From Thraustochytrium aureum (taxonomy: Eukaryota): 62,536 bases of DNA. Positions 57,174 to 62,536 of this stretch are shown one piece after another (position 1 is the first letter of the stretch; each line of letters starts with the position of its first letter). The stretch covers positions 42,447 through 104,982 of the forward strand of contig BLSG01000062.1 in NCBI GenBank assembly GCA_012862495.1, given 5' to 3'. Position numbers and translations under genes: made by a program. Under the pieces are notes generated by a model, which ran no database searches, had not been told where the DNA came from, and saw only the letters and a list, made by a program, of their open reading frames with translations.

Positions 57174-58132
57174 AGGATCTAAAGTGTTTTTCTGTTGACT
57201 CAACTATCGTGTCCCGTCTGTTCACTCGAAGCTTGTTCCTTCTTGGTGGGCCTTTGCTGTCTCTCCCAAGAGAGTGCCCCTCGCCAAAGTTTGTTCCGCT
57301 GCCTTGCGCGCCCAGGGCCGACTCGCGCTGTCGATAGCAAGCGATTGATGTGCATCGTCCATGCGACTCGCTGGCTGGCTCTAGCTCTAGAGAGAGCTGG
57401 CTGGCTGGCTGGCTGGGATGGTACGACGCCGAGCTGAGCCGTACAAAAGAGAGGCACGCGCTCCAACGACTCGAAAATGGAGCTGCCGAACCGTGCTGTA
57501 GGTTGGGCACTGCGGCACCAAAAGGGGCCTCACGCTGCGCCACGGAGGCGGCTCTCAGGACCTGTCCCAGACCAGCCAGCCCACATCGGGCCTGCCAGTG
57601 CACAAAGTAGTGCTGCTCTACTCACGCTTCAGCCACAGACGAAAAAGGCGCTGTCCAGATGCCCCAGATGGTAGCCTTGCGATCGACGCTGCTGACTGCC
57701 ACGAGCGTCCGTGACCAGGCTTGCAGTTCAATCAAACGCGGATCTTCCTCGCAGCAAATCATGCGAAGGAACTTGCCCGGACACCAACGACACGAGCTTC
57801 CAGCACTCGTCTGCCACTCGCTTGCACACGAGCATTCCTCCCTCCCAGACCAGATGAGGGACACTGTGATGGAGCAACCTCTCGGCGCCCGCCGGAGCAC
57901 CGCAAGCGCAAGCAGACGGCTGTCGTTTGTGGGGTTGTGTCCCTTTTTCATTTTCATGGCGCGATCTGAATTCTGATCTGGTCTGACGAAGGACGGAATT
58001 GGCAGGAAAACGAACGAGCAGGCCGGACGCATGCAGACCCCCAACCACACGCCTGCAACTGGGACGGCGCGCGAAGTGGCCACGATCATACTCTACGTGA
58101 ATCCCGGCTGCGAGTGAGCAGGCCAGCCGAAA

Positions 58133-59653
58133 ATGGTGAGCTGGGATGAGGTCGCAAAGCACGGCCCGCAGAGCTCGAGCAAGTGGGTCGTTGTTGACGG
58201 CGAGGTGTTTGACGTGAGCGCGTTCGCCTCTCTCCACCCGGGCGGCGTGCAGCTCTTGGTGGCCCAGGCTGGCCAAGACGCGAGCGAGGTTTTCCACTTG
58301 TATCACCATGAGGGGGTTTTGCGCAAGTACAGGGAGAAGCTCAAGGTGGGCGACATCGACGGGTTTGTCAAGGAGGACAAGGTGGTCCCGTACGCCGACC
58401 CGATCTGGTACAGACAATTCAACTCGCCGTACTTCAAGGACACCCACGTCGCGTTCCGCGACCGCGTCCGCCACTTCGTGGACACGGAGTTTCTCCCGCG
58501 CGTGGACGAGTGGGCCATGGACAAGAAGCCGCCGCGCGAGTTCATGGAGCGGCTCGGCAAAGAAGGGTTTCTCGCGTGCCTGACTGGCGCCAAAGAGTTC
58601 CCGCGCGAGTACCTCGACCCTGGCACGCCAGAGCCCGAGGCATTTGATTTTTTCCACGAGATGATCCTGCTGGACGAACTCTCCCGTTGCGCCAACGGGT
58701 CGCTGATGGCCGCCATCACCAACGGCCCCGCGATCGCCCTCAGCGCGATCATGGCGTTCGGGTCCGAGGAGCTGCGCGGCAAAGTGGCGCGCGAGGTTTT
58801 GATGGGGCGCCAATTCATCGCACTCGCCGTGAGCGAGCCCAACGCTGGAAGTGACGTGGCTGGCCTCATGACTCGCGCCTCGCGCCGCGGGGACTCGTAC
58901 GTGGTGAACGGTGTGAAAAAGTGGATCACCAACAGCTCGTACGCTGACTGGCTGGTCACTGCGGTGATCACGAACCCGCAAGTTGCCCCGCACGTGGGCA
59001 CTTCCATGGTGCTCATCGACGCGCACGCCCCCGGGCTGAGCATCCGCAAGGTCGGCCTTGAAGACCGCGCCGCGATCGCCGGAACCTCCTTCCTCGAGTT
59101 TGACAACGTCGAGGTGCCGCTCTCGCACCTGATCGGCGAAGAAAACAAGGGCTTCCTCTACACCATGCACAACTTTAACCACGAGCGCGTGTACGTCTCA
59201 ACGATTTGCAACCGTCTGTCGCGCGTCTGCGTCGAGGAATGCTTCAAGTTTGCCCAGAAGCGGAAAACCTTTGGCAAGCAACTCATTCAGCACGATGTCA
59301 TCCGCGTCAAGCTGGCACAGATGGCTTGCCGCGTCGAGCAGCAGCAGGCCTGGCTTGAGAGCGTAGTGTACCAAATGTGCACCATGTCCAAGTCGGAGGC
59401 GAACGCGCGTCTCGGGGACGTGATCTGCGGCATCAAGGCCCAAGCTGCTGAGGTGCTCGAGTACGTCGCTTCCCAGACCACGCACATCTTTGGTGGCAAC
59501 GCGCTCGACTCGCGCAGTGTGGGGCGCCGCATCGAGCCGATGACGGACGCAGTAAAAGCGTACGTTGTCCCTGCAGGATCGACCAAGATCATGGAGCTCC
59601 AGATGACCAAGCTCGCGCTCAAGTTCGCCCAGACCCAGAAGGCCAAGCTGTAG
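58133..59653 (+). CDS. Cytochrome b5 / acyl-CoA dehydrogenase fusion with a PTS1 signal
   Basis: b5 domain (WVVVDGEVFDVS.F...HPGG...AGQDAS..F...H), ACAD motifs LAVSEPNAGSDVA, VNGVKKWIT, IGEENKGF, NFNHER, RKTFGK.L and IFGG, and a C-terminal AKL*. Confidence 0.92.
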   Translation: MVSWDEVAKHGPQSSSKWVVVDGEVFDVSAFASLHPGGVQLLVAQAGQDASEVFHLYHHEGVLRKYREKLKVGDIDGFVKEDKVVPYADPIWYRQFNSPYFKDTHVAFRDRVRHFVDTEFLPRVDEWAMDKKPPREFMERLGKEGFLACLTGAKEFPREYLDPGTPEPEAFDFFHEMILLDELSRCANGSLMAAITNGPAIALSAIMAFGSEELRGKVAREVLMGRQFIALAVSEPNAGSDVAGLMTRASRRGDSYVVNGVKKWITNSSYADWLVTAVITNPQVAPHVGTSMVLIDAHAPGLSIRKVGLEDRAAIAGTSFLEFDNVEVPLSHLIGEENKGFLYTMHNFNHERVYVSTICNRLSRVCVEECFKFAQKRKTFGKQLIQHDVIRVKLAQMACRVEQQQAWLESVVYQMCTMSKSEANARLGDVICGIKAQAAEVLEYVASQTTHIFGGNALDSRSVGRRIEPMTDAVKAYVVPAGSTKIMELQMTKLALKFAQTQKAKL

Positions 59654-60020
59654 TTCGCCGTTGCGAGCGCCAGCCCGCACGAACCCCCAGGTGCAGGACT
59701 AATTTATAGAAACGAACGGTCACGTCACTTTGTTCTCTTGCTGGAGCCAGGAGGTCCATGGTGTTGCCGGGGGGCGACGCCTGCCGCTTGAGGAAATCTA
59801 GCTAGCTCCAGATTGCCGGTTCTTTGCGCGAGCGCGGCACAGGGAGACAGGCAGCACCAACGACAAGGGAGGTTGCTCTTTGTTTTGTTCATTTCGCTTT
59901 TTTCATTCTTTCGAGAAAGGGACAATCTCGCGGGACTCGCGCCCGCAGTCCCAGGCGCGCAGCCCCCAAAGAAAACACAAGACATGACGCGCAAAGCCGC
60001 CCGGACGCCGCACAGTCGAC

Positions 60021-62457
60021 CTACATCTGCTGAAGCTTTTGGAGCTGGGCCGGGCTCATGTACTTCTTGGCTTCCTCGAGCTCCCGACCCATAAACCACA
60101 TGCGGCCTTGGCCCGCGCTCTTGGCCNNNNNNNNNNNNNNNNNNNNNNNNNNNNNNNNNNNNNNNNNNNNNNNNNNNNNNNNNNNNNNNNNNNNNNNNNN
60201 NNNNNNNNNNNNNNNNNNNNNNNNNNNNNNNNNNNNNNNNNNNNNNNNNNNNNNNNNNNNNNNNNNNNNNNNNNNNNNNNNGTGCGGCAGCCATCTCACG
60301 CGCTTGCGAGGCAGCCTCGCGCGCCTTTACGGCCGCCATGCGGGCCTTTTCCATCACGTTGGCGAGCGCGCTCGCCTCCTTGTGCTCCTCGGTCGCAGCG
60401 ACCTTTGCCATTTCCGACTCGAGCTTGGCCGCCGTGGCGCGCTCCTTGCTCTTCTCAGCCAGGGAACGCGTATGCTCAGCCTTGGCGCGCTTGTCCTGCG
60501 CCTCTTGGCGGCGCTGCTGGGCCTCCTCGCGCGCCTCAACGCCTGCCTTGAAGGTCTTCTCCGCGGCGCTGCGCGCCGCCTCGGCCTCCTGGCGCGACTT
60601 GGTGGCTTGCTTGCGGGCCTCGCGGGCCGCCGACAGGGCTGCGACCTGTCGCTGGCGCTGCTCCACCGCAGCCTTGCGCGCCTCGACGGCGCGCTGGCGC
60701 TGCTCGACAGCGTCGGCATAGGCCTTTTCGCTCCGCTCGACGGCCTCCTCGCACTGCTTGCGCTGCTTCTCGGCCTCGGCGCGCTTGTTGGCCAGCAGCT
60801 TGTATGCGTCCGTGGCCTTTTGGCGCTCCTCCTCGGCGATGCGGCGGCTCTTCTCGAACGGGGCGCGCGCCTTCTGCGCCTGCTCGCGCGCAATCGTCGC
60901 CTGCTCGGTCACGGGCGCCTGCTTGCGCAGGAGCGCCTCGTTGGTGATCTTGGCGCGGCGCAGCGGCAGGGGGTCCTCGCTCGAGGCGAGCTGCGCGAGC
61001 TCGTTCTTGGCCTTGTTGCGCTTGACGATGCCAAGCGACTCGTCACCTGCGAGTTTCTCGAGCTCTTCCTTCTTTTCGCGGAACTCGCGCTTGGTGCGCT
61101 CGACGGCTTCGATCGCGTCCTTGATCTCTTGCTCGAGGTCGCGCATGGCCTTTTCGGCGTCGAGCGCCTTGGTCTCGGCCTCGCGAAACACGCGCTCCTT
61201 GCCGCTGGCGGCCGCCTCTTTTTTGCGCGCCACCTCTTCGACCTTGAGCGCGGCGGCTTCGCTCTCCTTGGCCTGCTTCTCGAGGACCTTGGCGGCCTTC
61301 TCCTCCGCCTTGATTTGTTTCTTGGCAGAGGCAAACTCCGCCTCGGCCTCCACCGCAGACGCCTCGCGCTCCACAGCGGCCTGTTCGTCCTCGAGCGCCT
61401 TGGCCTCTTCGTGCTTGGCGTTTTCCTCCGCCTCCTTGGCCTTGTCTTCCTCGGCAATGGCGCGGTCTTCGATATCCTTGGCCTTGGCCGCGGCGGCGGC
61501 GGAGACCTCCTCCCGCTTGACGGCCTCAGCCTCGGCCTTGACCGCACTCTCTTCGACCTTTTTGGCGTGGGCTTCCGACTCTTTGGCGAGGCGCTCTGCC
61601 TCCTTGGAGGCCTGCTCGCTCTCCACGGCGCGAACGCGCGCAGATTCGGCGTCGTCTTCCTTTTCGACGCTCATCTCCTCCTGCTTGCGGGCCTCGGCCT
61701 CCTTCTCGCGCATCGTGGCCTCGGTCTGGGCTGCGTGCTCTTCCTTTTCGATGGCCAGCCCTTCGAGCTCCACGCTGGCGGCCTCCTCCTCGCGGGCCTT
61801 GGCCGCCGCGTCCTTGGCCTCCTTCTCGGCTTGGATCGAGGCCTCCTCGCTGGCCTTGATGTCCGCCTCGCGCTGCTTGAGCTCGTTCGCGGTGTCGAGG
61901 GCTTTTTGCTCCTCCTCTTTGGCACTCTCGGCCAGCCTCGAGCACTCCTCTAGCGCGGCGTTGGCGTCCGCGAGAAGCCTTTGGGCCTTTTCGAGCAGCT
62001 CGGCGTCCTCGTCGTTGCCTTGCGGGGTGTTGACCAGGTCGAGCCAGTCGACCTGGAACTCGTGGATCAGAAACTCGACCAGAGAGACGTGCTGGTTAAA
62101 GTCTTGGTCGATCAGCTTCATCACGTTTCGCATCTGCTTGACGGTCAGCGTGCGGCCCATCAGCTCGAACACGCGGTGCGCTTGCACTTCGTTGAGCTCG
62201 TTGCCGAGCTCGCCCTTTTCGTCGATCTCGATGCACTTTCGCAGGTAGACCCAGACCAGCTCTGCTTTTTGCGGGTTGCTCGCAAAGGTGGGGCCTTTCG
62301 TCCAGAACGCGTTCAGGAAGGCCACGGCCTGGGCTTGGTACCGCGACTTGTTCATCTTGCTCAGCCTCGGGAGCGCGTCGACGTGCTCGGGCGTCTGCTT
62401 GAACTTGGTCGACGACACCGACTTGCGCATCGACCCTCGAATCGAGAACCGCTTCAT
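60021..62457 (-). CDS. Calcium-regulated actin-bundling protein (Dictyostelium ABP34-like) with greatly extended Ala/Glu/Lys coiled coils
   Basis: QAVAFLNAFW, EF-hand-like AHRVFE...IDQDFNQHVSLVEFL, NTPQG and GIVKRNKAKNELAQL..EDPLPLRRAKIT. After the gap it reads GQGRMWFMGRELEEAKKYM, with the stop at 60021. Confidence 0.8.
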
Positions 62458-62536
62458 CCTGCCTCGCTTGCGAAGACGTGCCCAGCCCCGAGCTCGCTCG
62501 CCTAGGCGCCCTTTTGCTCGCGGCGCTGCTGACTTG

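Noticed and set aside
57728..62248. Long antisense ORFs (57728..59182, 60058..61953, 60758..62248, and similar ones elsewhere)
   Set aside because: They are shadows of GC-rich codon bias opposite well-supported genes.
19184..62457. Functional actin gene cluster (WASP, RhoGAP, ABP34-like)
   Set aside because: The genes are 10-30 kb apart among unrelated genes, and chance co-location is adequate.

Overview
GC-rich, gene-dense, intron-poor eukaryotic scaffold with many N gaps. It is most likely a stramenopile protist, probably labyrinthulomycete/thraustochytrid-like. That placement is inferred from a Sig1/Ocm-type mastigoneme-like EGF protein, a plant/algal-type NBP35, a FEA1-like protein and spliceosomal introns. 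I can support about 22 protein-coding genes. Housekeeping and metabolic genes are peroxisomal ALDH10, Nup54, NBP35, PUS7/TruD, a PKA regulatory subunit, Kelch-BTB (LZTR1-like) and a cytochrome b5/acyl-CoA dehydrogenase fusion. Cytoskeletal genes are WASP, a RhoGAP and an ABP34-like actin bundler. Unusual architectures are an FG-GAP-propeller receptor kinase, a V8-like protease with five LNR repeats, a Vps62-like type I membrane protein, a divergent TRIC-like channel and a large ATP-grasp-like/EF-hand/ankyrin protein. Three introns can be resolved to the base, one of them GC-AG. About 12 apparent frameshifts nearly all fall in short G/C runs and are best read as sequencing errors. Non-coding points of interest are a diverged duplicated CCAAT-containing element upstream of the iron-uptake gene and a degenerate array of about 12 repeats in a divergent intergenic region. 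I recognised no rRNA, tRNA, CRISPR array or clear transposase. All family calls come from recognising motifs by eye, not from database searches.
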